Of a DNA stretch of 64,000 bases, positions 30,213 through 41,229 are shown in pieces. Each line of letters opens with the position of its first letter. Positions within the stretch are counted from its first letter, which is position 1. Source of the stretch: a virus (Duplodnaviria; Heunggongvirae; Uroviricota; Caudoviricetes); IMG/VR virus record IMGVR_UViG_2684623127_000005; one strand, 5' to 3'. The notes beneath the pieces were generated by a model that was not told where the DNA came from, searched no databases, and saw only the letters and a program-made list of their open reading frames with translations. Position numbers and translations under genes: made by a program.

Positions 30213-30965
30213 ATGGCAACACCAAATCCCCTTGAGCCGGTAAAAGGTGCCGGTACCACTCTGTGGGTTTACAACGGCAAGGGTGATGCTTATGCAAACC
30301 CGTTGTCAGACGATGACTGGCAGCGACTGGCTAAGGTGAAGGATCTGACGCCGGGCGAGATGACGGCAGAACCCTACGATGATAACTACCTGGATGATGA
30401 AGACGCGGACTGGACCGCGACCGGGCAGGGGCAGAAGTCTGCAGGAGATACCAGTTTTACGCTGGCCTGGAAACCGGGAGAAGAAGGTCAGAAAGGGCTT
30501 ATAGGCTGGTTTGAAAGCGGGGATGTGCGGGCCTATAAAATCCGTTTCCCAAATGGCACGGTGGATGTGTTCCGTGGCTGGGTCAGCAGTATCGGTAAGG
30601 CCGTGACGGCGAAAGAAGTGATCACCCGCACGGTGAAAGTCACTAACGTGGGCAAACCTTCCGTGGCGGAAGAACGCAGCGAAATTACGCCGGCCACTGC
30701 AATTAAGGTGACACCGACATCCGGTACGGTGGCAAAAGGGAAAACAACCACCCTGACGGTTTCTTTTGAGCCGGAAAGTGCAACCGACAAGACGTTCAGA
30801 GCGGTTTCCGCCGATCCGTCGAAAGCCACCATTAGTGTGAAAGATATGACAATTACGGTAAACGGCGTGGCGACAGGTAAGGTGCAGATCCCTGTGGTGA
30901 GCGGAAATGGTCAGTTCGCCGCAGTGGCTGAAGTCACCGTTACTGAAGCGGGCGCTGCAGGGTAA
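30213..30965 (+). CDS. V: Major tail protein V homolog with C-terminal Ig-like domain
   Basis: 250 aa; lambda-V-like N-terminal domain and C-terminal Big_2-like segment. Confidence 0.85.
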   Translation: MATPNPLEPVKGAGTTLWVYNGKGDAYANPLSDDDWQRLAKVKDLTPGEMTAEPYDDNYLDDEDADWTATGQGQKSAGDTSFTLAWKPGEEGQKGLIGWFESGDVRAYKIRFPNGTVDVFRGWVSSIGKAVTAKEVITRTVKVTNVGKPSVAEERSEITPATAIKVTPTSGTVAKGKTTTLTVSFEPESATDKTFRAVSADPSKATISVKDMTITVNGVATGKVQIPVVSGNGQFAAVAEVTVTEAGAAG

Positions 30966-30978
30966 ACGGAGGTAATAC

Positions 30979-31401
30979 ATGTTTCTGAAAACAGAACAAT
31001 TTGAATATAACGGTGTGTCCGTCACGCTTTCCGAATTGTCTGCGCTGCAGCGGTTTGATTATATAAAGTTTGTTTCAGACGCAGAACAACAGGAGACAAC
31101 GAAGCATGATGTCGTGCACATTAACCAGCGATATCTGGAAACGGCATCCCTGCTTGTGGCGATGTCGCTATGGCATTCCCATTCCCTCAAAGGCACTCTG
31201 GCCTCTCCGGAGACAGAGATGCAGCAGATCCGCCGTGAAGTGATGCTGGGATGGCCTGCTGATGCACTGAATCAGGCAACGAACCGGGTGCTTTATCTTT
31301 CAGGTATGCTGGATAACCGGCACGATGCCGATCCTGAACCAACCGGGAAAACAGAAGCGACTGAGCCGGTAACATCAAAAAAGCATTCGAAGGCGAGCTG
31401 A
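30979..31401 (+). CDS. G: Tail assembly chaperone G homolog
   Basis: MFLKTEQFEYNGVSVTLSELSALQR... matches lambda gpG. Confidence 0.8.
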   Translation: MFLKTEQFEYNGVSVTLSELSALQRFDYIKFVSDAEQQETTKHDVVHINQRYLETASLLVAMSLWHSHSLKGTLASPETEMQQIRREVMLGWPADALNQATNRVLYLSGMLDNRHDADPEPTGKTEATEPVTSKKHSKAS

Positions 31402-31736
31402 ACTTTGTCCTGAAACTGGCGCGTGAGATGGGGAGAGCCGACTGGCGCGCCATGCTTGCCGGGATGACATCCACCGAATATGCCGACTGGCGACGTTTTT
31501 ACTGCACGCATTATTTTCAGGATACCCAGCTGGATATGCATTTTTCCGGGCTGATGTACGCCGTACTCAGCCTGTTTTTTTGCGATCCGGATATGCATCC
31601 GGCGGATTTCAGCCTGTTCGCTCCGGAGGCAGAGGAAGGACAGGCGGAGACGCCGGACGAAAATGATGTACTGATGCAGAAGGCGGCGGGCCTCGCCGGT
31701 GGAGTCCGTTTCGGGGAGGAGGGAAGGAGGTTGTGA
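30979..31736 (+). CDS. GT: Tail assembly chaperone G-T fusion via programmed -1 ribosomal frameshift
   Basis: Slippery heptamer A-AAA-AAG at 31377-31383 in the G frame; the -1 frame stays open into the T-like ORF ending at 31736. Confidence 0.6.
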
Positions 31737-31770
31737 CAGTTATTGATGGTATCAGAGGACATTTCAGGAG

Positions 31771-34425
31771 GTGACCACGATGGCAGGTAATTTTGCCGAT
31801 CTGACAGCCGTGCTGACACTGGATTCTGCCCGTTTTTCTGAAGAGGCAGCGCGGGTAAAAAAAGAGCTGGGTGAAACCAGTGCGCTTGCTGATTTGATGT
31901 CCGGGAAAGTCAGTCAGTCTTTCAGAAAACAGGCTGATGCTGCTGAGCAGAGTCTGAGCCGACAGGCGCTGGCTGCACAAAAAGCCGGGATATCAGTCGG
32001 ACAGTATAAGGCTGCCATGCGCACACTGCCCGCACAGTTCACGGATATTGTCACTCAGCTTGCCGGTGGTCAGAATCCCTTCCTTATCATGCTGCAGCAG
32101 GGGGGGCAGATCAGCGATTCATTCGGTGGACCGCTCAGCCTGCTTACCCTGCTGAAGGAGGAACTTCTCGGGATCAGGGATGCCTCTGAATCATCAGAGG
32201 AGTCGCTGTCAGATACGGCAAATGCACTGGCTGAAAATGCCCGGAATGCCGGTGAGCTGGGACGATTTATGTCGGTGGCCCGTGTGGCGGCAGGTGGCGG
32301 GGTTGCCGTACTGGCCGCGCTTGCTGCCGCCGCCTGGCAGGCAGAGCAGGCTGACCGGGCCTTATTGCGTTCACTGACCCTGACCGGAGGGGCTGCTGCC
32401 ACCACAACGGCAGAATTGTGGAAAATGGCCGGGGTGATCAGCGATGAAGCCGGTGGTGGTATCAGACAGGCGGCAGAAAATCTGGCCCGTCTGGCAGAAA
32501 GCGGGAAATATACCGCCGGGCAGCTACGGATCATGGGGGAAACCTCTCAGAGATGGCTGCAGACGGTGGGGGACGATGCCGGGAAGGTGGAAAAAGCCTT
32601 TGAAGGGATTGCAGCAGATCCGGTGAAGGCGCTGGCCTCCCTGAATCAGCAGTATAACTTCCTGAGCGTTTCCCAGTTACGCCATATTGATGAGCTTGAG
32701 CGCACGAAAGGTAAACAGGCTGCGGTGACGGAGGCGATGTCCCTGTTTGCGGATGTCATGAATGCACGTCTGGAGCAACTTGATAAAGCGGCCACGCCGG
32801 TGGAAAAAATCTGGGACGATGTTAAAACCTGGACTTCTGACGCATGGGCATGGATAGGTGATCATACACTGGGGGCACTCAGTCTGATCACTGACGTGGT
32901 GGCAGGAACCGTTGAACAGGTGAAGCTGCTGCTTGTGCAGGGGGATCTGGCGCTGGCTGAATTTATTCAGTCAGCCTGGGAAACGACAAAGAATGTGCCC
33001 GGCGTTGGTGCGTTGTTTGGTGAACTGGCAGAAGAGAACCGCGTATTTATTGAGAAAACAAAACGTGATGAACTGGCGCTGAGAAAATCCATTGCGGAAC
33101 GGGATGCGCGTATACGCCAGGGGGAAATGGGGTACATCAACCGTTCGCGTGCAACAGGCGTCAGCAAAGGTCCGGGGCAGCAGGAAGCCGTCAGCCGTCT
33201 GGCTGAAGAGCTGACAGGTAAAAAGCATACATCACCGAAAACGCGCTCTGCCGGGGAGAGGGAAGAGGAGCAGGCAAGAGAGGCTCTGCTTGCCCTTGAA
33301 GCTGAGCTCAGGACGCTGGAAAAACACAGCGGTGCGAATGAGAAAATCAGCCGGCAGCGCCGTGATTTATGGAAGGCGGAAAGTCAGTATGCGGTCCTGA
33401 AAGAGGCTGCCACGAAACGACAGTTATCTGAGCAGGAAAAATCCCTGCTGGCGCATAAAGACGAGACGCTGGAGTACAAACGCCAGCTGGCTGAGCTGGG
33501 CGACAAGGTTGAATACCAGAAACGCCTGAATGAGCTGGCACAGCAGGCGGTGCGGTTTGAAGAGCAGCAGAGCGCGAAGCAGGCCGCCATCAGCGCAAAA
33601 GCCCGCGGTCTCACTGACCGTCAGGCGCAGCGGGAGTCTGAAGCGCAGCGTCTTCGGGACGTGTACGGTGATAATCCGGCTGCGCTGGCGAAGGCCACAT
33701 CGGCACTGAAGAACACCTGGTCTGCGGAGGAGCAGCTTCGTGGAAGCTGGATGGCCGGGCTGAAGTCCGGCTGGGGCGAGTGGGCGGAAAGTGCGACGGA
33801 CAGTTTTTCGCAGGTTAAAAGTGCTGCCACGCAGACCTTTGACGGTATTGCACAGAATATGGCGGCGATGCTGACCGGTGCAGAGGCAGACTGGCGGGGA
33901 TTCACCCGTTCGGTGCTGTCCATGATGACAGAAATCCTGCTTAAACAGGCCATGGTGGGCATTGTCGGGCGTATCGGCAGCGCCATTGGCGGTGCTTTCG
34001 GTGGTGGTGCGTCTGCCTCCACGGGGACGGCCATTCAGGCTGCGGCGGCGAACTTCCATTTCGCGACCGGGGGATTTACGGGGACGGGGGGTAAATATGA
34101 ACCTGCGGGAATTGTTCATCGCGGGGAGTTTGTCTTCACGAAGGAGGCAACCAGCCGGATTGGCGTCGGCAACCTGTACCGCCTGATGCGGGGCTATGCG
34201 GAAGGGGGTTATGTGGGCGGTGCCGGAAGTCCGGCGCAGATGCGGCGGACGGAAGGCATTAATTTTAATCAGAACAATCACGTGGTGATTCAGAACGACG
34301 GCACCAACGGACAGGCGGGGCCGCAGCTGATGAAGGCGGTGTATGACATGGCCCGCAAGGGGGCGCAGGATGAGCTCCGGCTGCAGTTGCGTGATGGCGG
34401 TATGTTATCGGGGAGCAGGCGATGA
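31771..34425 (+). CDS. H: Tail tape measure protein (lambda H-like)
   Basis: 884 aa, Ala/Gln-rich coiled-coil, between G/T and M. Confidence 0.9.
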   Translation: MTTMAGNFADLTAVLTLDSARFSEEAARVKKELGETSALADLMSGKVSQSFRKQADAAEQSLSRQALAAQKAGISVGQYKAAMRTLPAQFTDIVTQLAGGQNPFLIMLQQGGQISDSFGGPLSLLTLLKEELLGIRDASESSEESLSDTANALAENARNAGELGRFMSVARVAAGGGVAVLAALAAAAWQAEQADRALLRSLTLTGGAAATTTAELWKMAGVISDEAGGGIRQAAENLARLAESGKYTAGQLRIMGETSQRWLQTVGDDAGKVEKAFEGIAADPVKALASLNQQYNFLSVSQLRHIDELERTKGKQAAVTEAMSLFADVMNARLEQLDKAATPVEKIWDDVKTWTSDAWAWIGDHTLGALSLITDVVAGTVEQVKLLLVQGDLALAEFIQSAWETTKNVPGVGALFGELAEENRVFIEKTKRDELALRKSIAERDARIRQGEMGYINRSRATGVSKGPGQQEAVSRLAEELTGKKHTSPKTRSAGEREEEQAREALLALEAELRTLEKHSGANEKISRQRRDLWKAESQYAVLKEAATKRQLSEQEKSLLAHKDETLEYKRQLAELGDKVEYQKRLNELAQQAVRFEEQQSAKQAAISAKARGLTDRQAQRESEAQRLRDVYGDNPAALAKATSALKNTWSAEEQLRGSWMAGLKSGWGEWAESATDSFSQVKSAATQTFDGIAQNMAAMLTGAEADWRGFTRSVLSMMTEILLKQAMVGIVGRIGSAIGGAFGGGASASTGTAIQAAAANFHFATGGFTGTGGKYEPAGIVHRGEFVFTKEATSRIGVGNLYRLMRGYAEGGYVGGAGSPAQMRRTEGINFNQNNHVVIQNDGTNGQAGPQLMKAVYDMARKGAQDELRLQLRDGGMLSGSRR

Positions 34426-34751
34426 AAACATTTCGCTGGAAAGTGAAGCCGGATATGGAGGTGAACTCGCAGCCATCGGTGCGTGAAGTGCGTTTTGGTG
34501 ACGGGTATTCGCAGCGTATGGCGGCGGGGCTGAATGCTGACCTGAAAACATACCGTGTGACGCTTTCCGTGACCCGGGAGGAGGCCCGACATCTGGAGGC
34601 ATTCCTGGCAGAGCACGGAGGCTGGAAGGCATTTTTGTGGAAGCCACCCTATGCATACCGGCAGATAAAGGTGACCTGTGCCGGGTGGTCTGCGCGGGTC
34701 GGGATGTTGCGCGTTGAGTTCAGCGCGGAGTTTAAGCAGGTGGTGAACTGA
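34422..34751 (+). CDS. M: Minor tail protein M homolog
   Basis: MKTFRWKVKPDMEV...LRVEFSAEFKQVVN matches lambda gpM. Confidence 0.9.
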   Translation: MKTFRWKVKPDMEVNSQPSVREVRFGDGYSQRMAAGLNADLKTYRVTLSVTREEARHLEAFLAEHGGWKAFLWKPPYAYRQIKVTCAGWSARVGMLRVEFSAEFKQVVN

Positions 34752-35449
34752 TGCAGGATATTCACGAAGAAAGTCTGAACGAGTCGGTTAAATCAGAGCA
34801 GTCACCGCGGGTGGTACTCTGGGAAATCGACCTGACGGCGCAGGGCGGTGAGCGGTATTTTTTCTGCAATGAGCTGAATGAAAAAGGGGAGGCGGTTACC
34901 TGGCAGGGGCGGCAATATCAGGCATACCCGATTGACGGCAGTGGCTTTGAGATGAACGGGAAGGGCAGCAGTGCCAGACCGTCGCTGACGGTGTCGAATC
35001 TGTTTGGTCTGGTCACCGGGATGGCGGAGGACCTGCAGAGCCTGGTGGGGGCCACGGTGGTCCGCCGCCGGGTGTATGCCCGTTTTCTGGATGCGGTGAA
35101 TTTTGTGGCAGGCAATCCTGAGGCAGACCCTGAGCAGGAGCTGACGGACCGGTGGGTGGTGGAGCAGATGTCATCGCTGACGGCCATGACGGCCTCGTTT
35201 GTGCTGGCGACACCGACGGAGACGGACGGGGCGCTGTTTCCCGGTCGCATCATGCTGGCGAACACCTGTATGTGGGATTACCGGGGCGATGAATGCGGGT
35301 ATAACGGTCCGGCAGTGGCGGATGAGTTCGACAACCCCACCACGGATATCCGGAAGGACAGATGCAGTAAATGCATGCGCGGGTGTGAGATGCGCGGCAT
35401 GGTGGCTAATTTTGGCGGTTTCCTTTCCATCAATAAACTTTCGCAGTAA
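34751..35449 (+). CDS. L: Minor tail protein L homolog
   Basis: 232 aa, lambda-L-like with C-terminal Cys cluster. Confidence 0.85.
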   Translation: MQDIHEESLNESVKSEQSPRVVLWEIDLTAQGGERYFFCNELNEKGEAVTWQGRQYQAYPIDGSGFEMNGKGSSARPSLTVSNLFGLVTGMAEDLQSLVGATVVRRRVYARFLDAVNFVAGNPEADPEQELTDRWVVEQMSSLTAMTASFVLATPTETDGALFPGRIMLANTCMWDYRGDECGYNGPAVADEFDNPTTDIRKDRCSKCMRGCEMRGMVANFGGFLSINKLSQ

Positions 35450-35459
35450 ATCCTGTTTT

Positions 35460-36203
35460 ATGACACAGACTGAATCAGCGATTCTGGTGCATGCCCGGCG
35501 GTGTGCGCCTGCGGAGTCGTGCGGCTTCGTGATAGGCACCCCGGAGGGCGAACGGTACCAGCCCTGCGTGAATATCTCCGCAGAGCCGGAGGCGTATTTT
35601 CGTATTGCGCCGGAAGACTGGCTGCAGGCAGAGATGCAGGGGGAGATTGTGGCGCTGGTTCACAGCCACCCTGGTGGTCTGCCCTGGCTGAGCGAGGCCG
35701 ACCGGCGGCTGCAGATAAAGAGTGCCCTGCCCTGGTGGCTGGTCTGCCGGGGGGAAATTCACAAATTCCGCTGTGTGCCGCACCTGACCGGGCGTCGTTT
35801 TGAGCACGGGGTGACGGACTGTTACACCCTGTTCCGGGATGCATACCATCTGGCGGGGATAACGCTGCCGGATTTTGTGCGTGAGGATGACTGGTGGCGC
35901 AACGGTCAGAACCTTTACCTGGACAATATGGCGGCGACTGGTTTTTACAGGATTTCCCTGCCTTCCGCACAGCCTGGCGATATCCTGCTGTGCTGCTTTG
36001 GCGCATCGGTGGCCAATCATGCCGCCATATACTGCGGCAACGGTGAACTGCTTCACCATCTGCCTGAACAACTGAGTAAACGGGAGAGGTATTCTGAAAA
36101 ATGGCAACGACGAACGCATTCTGTCTGGCGTCACCGCCACTGGCACGCATCTGCCTTCACGGGGATTTGCAACGATTTGGCCGCCGCCTCAGCCTGTACG
36201 TGA
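35460..36203 (+). CDS. K: Tail assembly protein K homolog (MPN/JAMM + NlpC/P60-like)
   Basis: MTQTESAILVHARRCAPAESCGFV...HSHPGG... matches lambda gpK; start at the internal ATG at 35460. Confidence 0.85.
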   Translation: MTQTESAILVHARRCAPAESCGFVIGTPEGERYQPCVNISAEPEAYFRIAPEDWLQAEMQGEIVALVHSHPGGLPWLSEADRRLQIKSALPWWLVCRGEIHKFRCVPHLTGRRFEHGVTDCYTLFRDAYHLAGITLPDFVREDDWWRNGQNLYLDNMAATGFYRISLPSAQPGDILLCCFGASVANHAAIYCGNGELLHHLPEQLSKRERYSEKWQRRTHSVWRHRHWHASAFTGICNDLAAASACT

Positions 36204-36781
36204 ACACGGCAGCGGAAGCCATCCGTGCCCTGTCGCTGCAGATGCCGGGATTCCGCCGTCAGATGAACGAAGGCTGGTACCAGATACGTATTCGCGGTGA
36301 GGACACGGCACCGGAGGCGGTGTACGCCCGTCTTCACGAACAGCTGGGTGAGGGAACGGTCATCCACATTGTGCCGCGACTGGCCGGGGCCGGAAAGGGT
36401 GGACTGCAGATTGTGCTGGGGGCGGCAGCCATCGTGGGCTCTTTCTTCACTGCCGGGGCATCGATGGCGTTATGGGGTTCAGCCCTGGCAGCCGGTGGTT
36501 TTTCTGCCACCACGATGCTGTTTTCACTGGGTGCCAGCATGATACTGGGTGGTGTGGCACAGATGCTGGCCCCGAAGCCAAAAACACCGGAATACAGGGC
36601 AACGGATAACGGTAAACAGAACACGTACTTTTCGTCGCTGGATAACATGATTGCCCAGGGGAACCCGATGCCGGTGCCTTACGGTGAAATGCTGGTTGGC
36701 TCACGGCGAATCTCCCAGGACATCAGTACCCGTGATGAAGGCGGTGACGGGAAGGTGGTGGTTATCGGGCGGCAGGGGTAA
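36101..36781 (+). CDS. I: Tail assembly protein I homolog
   Basis: ...RICLHGDLQRFGRR...GKQNTYFSSLDNMIAQGNPMPVPYGEM... matches lambda gpI. Confidence 0.85.
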   Translation: MATTNAFCLASPPLARICLHGDLQRFGRRLSLYVNTAAEAIRALSLQMPGFRRQMNEGWYQIRIRGEDTAPEAVYARLHEQLGEGTVIHIVPRLAGAGKGGLQIVLGAAAIVGSFFTAGASMALWGSALAAGGFSATTMLFSLGASMILGGVAQMLAPKPKTPEYRATDNGKQNTYFSSLDNMIAQGNPMPVPYGEMLVGSRRISQDISTRDEGGDGKVVVIGRQG

Positions 36782-37027
36782 AGCATAAAAAAATCCCGCA
36801 GTGTATGGAGGCTGCGGGAACAGAAAATGAAGATTAACCACAGGGAGTTTTGTTTTTATTGGCCCGAAAAAACTGTAACGCCCGGGAATGATATCTGCCA
36901 CGGGGGCGTACAGAAAATGTGAAGAAATTCAGAAATTTTATTCCGTCATGACACAGGCACCCTCCGGGGTGCCTGTCGTTTTTGGGGCATAAACAGATTC
37001 AGACATCAGACAGGAGAGGGGGACAGA

Positions 37028-40000
37028 GTGGGTAAAGGTGGCGGCAAGGCGCACACGCCGGTTGAGGCAAAGGACAATCTTAAGTCCACGCAGATGATGA
37101 GCGTGATTGATGCCATTGGTGAAGGGCCGATTGAAGGTCCGGTGAAGGGGCTGCAGAGTATTCTGGTGAACAAAACCCCGCTGACGGACACGGACGGTAA
37201 TCCCGTGATACACGGTGTGACTGCGGTCTGGCGTGCCGGGGAGCAGGAGCAGACACCACCGGAAGGCTTTGAGTCCTCCGGAGCTGAAACCGGACTGGGC
37301 GTGGAAGTGACGAAGGCAAAACCGGTGACGCGCACCATTACGTCCGCGAACATTGACCGCCTGCGGGTTACCTTCGGGGTGCAGTCACTGGTGGAGACCA
37401 CCTCAAAGGGTGACCGTAACCCGGCATCCGTCCGCCTGCTGATTCAGTTACAGCGTAACGGTAACTGGGTGACAGAAAAGGATGTCACCATTAACGGCAA
37501 GACCACCTCGCAGTTCCTGGCGTCGGTGATTCTGGATAATCTGCCGCCCCGGCCCTTTAACATCCGGATGGTCAGGGAGACGGCGGACAGCACCACGGAC
37601 CAGCTGCAGAATAAGACGCTGTGGTCGTCATACACCGAAATCATCGATGTGAAACAGTGCTACCCGAACACGGCCATTGTGGGGCTGCAGGTGGATGCGG
37701 AGCAGTTCGGCGGCCAGCAGATGACGGTGAACTACCATATCCGCGGTCGCATCATCCAGGTGCCGTCAAACTACGACCCGGAAAAACGCACTTACAGCGG
37801 TATCTGGGACGGCAGTCTGAAACCGGCATACAGCAACAACCCGGCCTGGTGTCTGTGGGACATGCTGACCCACCCGCGCTACGGGATGGGGAAACGCCTG
37901 GGGACCGCGGACGTGGACAAATGGGCGCTGTATGCCATCGGGCAGTACTGTGACCAGCGTGTCCCGGACGGCTTCGGAGGGACAGAGCCGCGGATGACCT
38001 TTAATGCGTACCTGTCACAGCAGCGTAAGGCGTGGGATGTGCTCAGTGATTTCTGCTCGGCGATGCGCTGTATGCCGGTATGGAACGGCCAGACGCTGAC
38101 GTTCGTTCAGGACCGCCCGTCGGATGTGGTGTGGCCGTACACCAACTGCGATGTGGTGGTGGATGATAACGGCGTGGGGTTTCGCTACAGCTTCAGCGCC
38201 CTGAAGGACCGCCACACGGCGGTGGAGGTGAATTACACCGACCCGCAGAACGGCTGGCAGACCTCCACGGAACTGGTGGAAGACCCGGAAGCCATACTGC
38301 GCTACGGGCGCAACCTGCTGAAGATGGATGCGTTCGGCTGCACCAGTCGCGGTCAGGCCCACCGTGCCGGGCTGTGGGTGATAAAGACCGGACTGCTGGA
38401 AACGCAGACGGTGGATTTCACGCTCGGGTCACAGGGGCTGCGTCACACACCCGGTGACATTATTGAAATCTGTGATAACGACTATGCCGGGACCATGACC
38501 GGCGGACGTGTCCTGTCCATCGATGCCGCCAGCCGCACCCTGACACTGGACCGTGAGGTGACCCTGCCGGAGACAGGTGCCGCCACGGTGAACCTGATTA
38601 ACGGCAGCGGTAAGCCGGTGAGCGTGGCCATCACTGCACACCCCGCGCCGGACCGGATACAGGTCAGCACCCTGCCTGATGGTGTGGAGACATACGGTGT
38701 ATGGGGACTCTCCCTGCCGTCACTGCGTCGTCGCCTGTTCCGCTGTGTCTCCATCCGGGAAAACACGGACGGCACCTTTGCCATCACGGCGGTGCAGCAC
38801 GTACCGGAAAAAGAAGCCATCGTGGATAACGGGGCCAGCTTTGAGCCGCAGTCAGGCACCCTGAACAGCGTTATTCCACCGGCAGTGCAGCACCTCACGG
38901 TGGAGGTGAGCGCGGCTGACGGCCAGTATCTGGCACAGGCGAAATGGGACACGCCGCGGGTGGTGAAGGGGGTGCGCTTCAGTCTGCGACTGACCAGCGG
39001 AAGCGGAGAAGGCAGCCGTCTGGTGACCACCGCCATCACCGCGGATACAGAGCATCGTTCCAGTGGTCTGCCGCTCGGGGAATACACCCTGACAGTCAGG
39101 GCAATTAACAGCTATGGCCAGCAGGGCGAACCGGCCACCACCACCTTCCGGATTAACGCGCCAGCAAAACCCGCCACCATTGAACTGACGCCGGGGTATT
39201 TTCAGATAACGGCGGTCCCGCGTCTTGCGGTGTATGACCCGACGGTACAGTTTGAGTTCTGGTTTTCGGAGACAAAAATCGCAGACACATCTCAGGTGGA
39301 AACCTCTGCCCGTTATCTGGGGACCGGCAGTCAGTGGAGTGTATCCGGCCCGCACATTAAGCCCGGGAAGGATTTCTGGTTTTACGTGCGCAGCGTCAAC
39401 CTGGTGGGGAAATCTGCGTTTGTGGAAGTCAGCGGGCAGCCCAGCAATGATGGTGAAGGGTATCTGGAATTTTTCCGGGAAAAAATAGGAAAACTGCATC
39501 TGGCTCAGGGGCTGTGGGAGCTGATAGACAACAGCCAGCTTGCGGATGAGATGGCGGAGATGAAGACCACCATCACCGAAACCCGCAATGAAATCACACA
39601 GACGGTCAGTAAAACGCTGGAAGACCAGAGCGCCACCATTCAGCAGATACAGCGCGTGCAGAAGGACACAAATGATGACCTGGCTGCGCTGTACATGCTG
39701 AAGGTTCAAAAAACGAAAGACGGCATTCCCTATGTGGCCGGGATTGGTGCAGGGATTGAGGATACTGATGGCCAGCCACTGAGCAACATACTGCTGCTGG
39801 CTGACCGTATCGCGATGATAAATCCGGAGAGCGGCAACAGCACGCCGTTATTTGTGGCGCAGGGGAATCAGCTGTTCATGAACGACGTGTTCCTGAAACG
39901 ACTGTTTGCGGTGAGCATCACGTCATCCGGCAATCCTCCGGCATTTTCCCTGACGCCGGACGGGCGACTGACGGCGAAAAATGCGGATATCAGTGGCAGT

Positions 40001-40504
40001 GTGAATGCGAACTCAGGGACGCTCAACAACGTCACGATTAATGAGAACTGTCAGATTAAGGGGAAACTGTCAGCCAACCAGATTGAAGGCGATATTGTCA
40101 AAACGGTCAGCAAGTCTTTCCCCCGCACGAGCACTTATGCCAGTGGCACCATCACGGTAAGAATCAGTGATGATCAGAAGTTTGACCGGCAGGTCATGAT
40201 ACCGCCAGTGTTATTCCGCGGTGGTAAGCATGAGAATTTCAACAGTAATAACCAACAGTCATACTGGTATTCAACCTGCCGGTTAAGAGTGACCCGCAAT
40301 GGTCAGGAGATTTTTAATCAGTCCACGACGGATGCTCAGGGCGTATTTTCCTCAGTTATAGATATGCCTGCCGGACAGGGGACGCTGACACTGACATTCA
40401 CCGTATCTTCATCAGGAGCGAATAACTGGACACCAACAACCAGTATCAGCGATCTGCTGGTTGTTGTGATGAAGAAAGCCACCGCAGGCATCAGTATCAG
40501 CTGA
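37028..40504 (+). CDS. J: Host specificity / central tail fiber protein J homolog
   Basis: 1158 aa; [22 protein letters not shown]... co-linear with lambda J; GTG start. Confidence 0.9.
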   Translation: MGKGGGKAHTPVEAKDNLKSTQMMSVIDAIGEGPIEGPVKGLQSILVNKTPLTDTDGNPVIHGVTAVWRAGEQEQTPPEGFESSGAETGLGVEVTKAKPVTRTITSANIDRLRVTFGVQSLVETTSKGDRNPASVRLLIQLQRNGNWVTEKDVTINGKTTSQFLASVILDNLPPRPFNIRMVRETADSTTDQLQNKTLWSSYTEIIDVKQCYPNTAIVGLQVDAEQFGGQQMTVNYHIRGRIIQVPSNYDPEKRTYSGIWDGSLKPAYSNNPAWCLWDMLTHPRYGMGKRLGTADVDKWALYAIGQYCDQRVPDGFGGTEPRMTFNAYLSQQRKAWDVLSDFCSAMRCMPVWNGQTLTFVQDRPSDVVWPYTNCDVVVDDNGVGFRYSFSALKDRHTAVEVNYTDPQNGWQTSTELVEDPEAILRYGRNLLKMDAFGCTSRGQAHRAGLWVIKTGLLETQTVDFTLGSQGLRHTPGDIIEICDNDYAGTMTGGRVLSIDAASRTLTLDREVTLPETGAATVNLINGSGKPVSVAITAHPAPDRIQVSTLPDGVETYGVWGLSLPSLRRRLFRCVSIRENTDGTFAITAVQHVPEKEAIVDNGASFEPQSGTLNSVIPPAVQHLTVEVSAADGQYLAQAKWDTPRVVKGVRFSLRLTSGSGEGSRLVTTAITADTEHRSSGLPLGEYTLTVRAINSYGQQGEPATTTFRINAPAKPATIELTPGYFQITAVPRLAVYDPTVQFEFWFSETKIADTSQVETSARYLGTGSQWSVSGPHIKPGKDFWFYVRSVNLVGKSAFVEVSGQPSNDGEGYLEFFREKIGKLHLAQGLWELIDNSQLADEMAEMKTTITETRNEITQTVSKTLEDQSATIQQIQRVQKDTNDDLAALYMLKVQKTKDGIPYVAGIGAGIEDTDGQPLSNILLLADRIAMINPESGNSTPLFVAQGNQLFMNDVFLKRLFAVSITSSGNPPAFSLTPDGRLTAKNADISGSVNANSGTLNNVTINENCQIKGKLSANQIEGDIVKTVSKSFPRTSTYASGTITVRISDDQKFDRQVMIPPVLFRGGKHENFNSNNQQSYWYSTCRLRVTRNGQEIFNQSTTDAQGVFSSVIDMPAGQGTLTLTFTVSSSGANNWTPTTSISDLLVVVMKKATAGISIS

Positions 40505-40571
40505 ATTTTATAACCCATATACGGGCGCCAGAAATGGCGCCTTTTTTATTGCAGAAAAGCGAGAGGTAATT

Positions 40572-41171
40572 ATGCGTAAACTTTATGCCGCCATTTTGTC
40601 CGCAGCCATTTGTCTGGCCGTATCCGGTGCGCCTGCATGGGCATCTGAACATCAGTCCACGCTGAGCGCGGGGTATCTTCATGTCTCGACGAACGTTCCC
40701 GGCAGCGATGAACTGAACGGGATTAACGTGAAATACCGTTATGAGTTTACGGACACACTGGGGATGGTGACGTCGTTCAGCTATGCAGGAGACAGGAATC
40801 GCCAGCTGACCCATTACAGCGATACCCGCTGGCATGAAGATTTCGTTCGTAACCGCTGGTTCAGCGTAATGGCGGGGCCGTCTGTGCGCGTGAATGAATG
40901 GTTCAGCGCGTATGCGATGGCGGGAGTGGCTTACAGCCGTGTGTCGACTTTCTCCGGGGATTATCTCCGCGTAACTGACAACAAGGGGAAAACGCACGAT
41001 GTGCTGACCGGAAGTGATGACGGTCGCCACAGCAACACGTCTCTGGCGTGGGGAGCTGGCGTGCAGTTTAACCCGATCGAATCCGTGGCCATTGATATTG
41101 CTTATGAAGGCTCCGGCAGTGGCGACTGGCGCACTGACGGTTTCATCGTGGGTGTCGGTTATAAATTCTGA
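40572..41171 (+). CDS. lom: Lom/Ail-family outer membrane beta-barrel protein
   Basis: Signal peptide and Ail/Lom-like beta-strand pattern ending ...GVGYKF; position after J. Confidence 0.85.
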   Translation: MRKLYAAILSAAICLAVSGAPAWASEHQSTLSAGYLHVSTNVPGSDELNGINVKYRYEFTDTLGMVTSFSYAGDRNRQLTHYSDTRWHEDFVRNRWFSVMAGPSVRVNEWFSAYAMAGVAYSRVSTFSGDYLRVTDNKGKTHDVLTGSDDGRHSNTSLAWGAGVQFNPIESVAIDIAYEGSGSGDWRTDGFIVGVGYKF

Positions 41172-41229
41172 TTAGCCAGGTAACACAGTGTTATGACAGC
41201 CCGCCGGTTCAGGCGGGCTTTTTTGTGGG

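Noticed and set aside
33424-34281. 285-aa minus-strand ORF inside the tape measure gene
   Set aside because: Antisense to a well-supported lambda H homolog; Arg/Pro-rich composition typical of shadow frames in GC-rich coding DNA.
35458-36150. Two overlapping roughly 225-aa minus-strand ORFs across the K/I tail genes
   Set aside because: Antisense to strong lambda K and I homologs; mutually overlapping frames indicate stop-free GC-rich sequence rather than genes.
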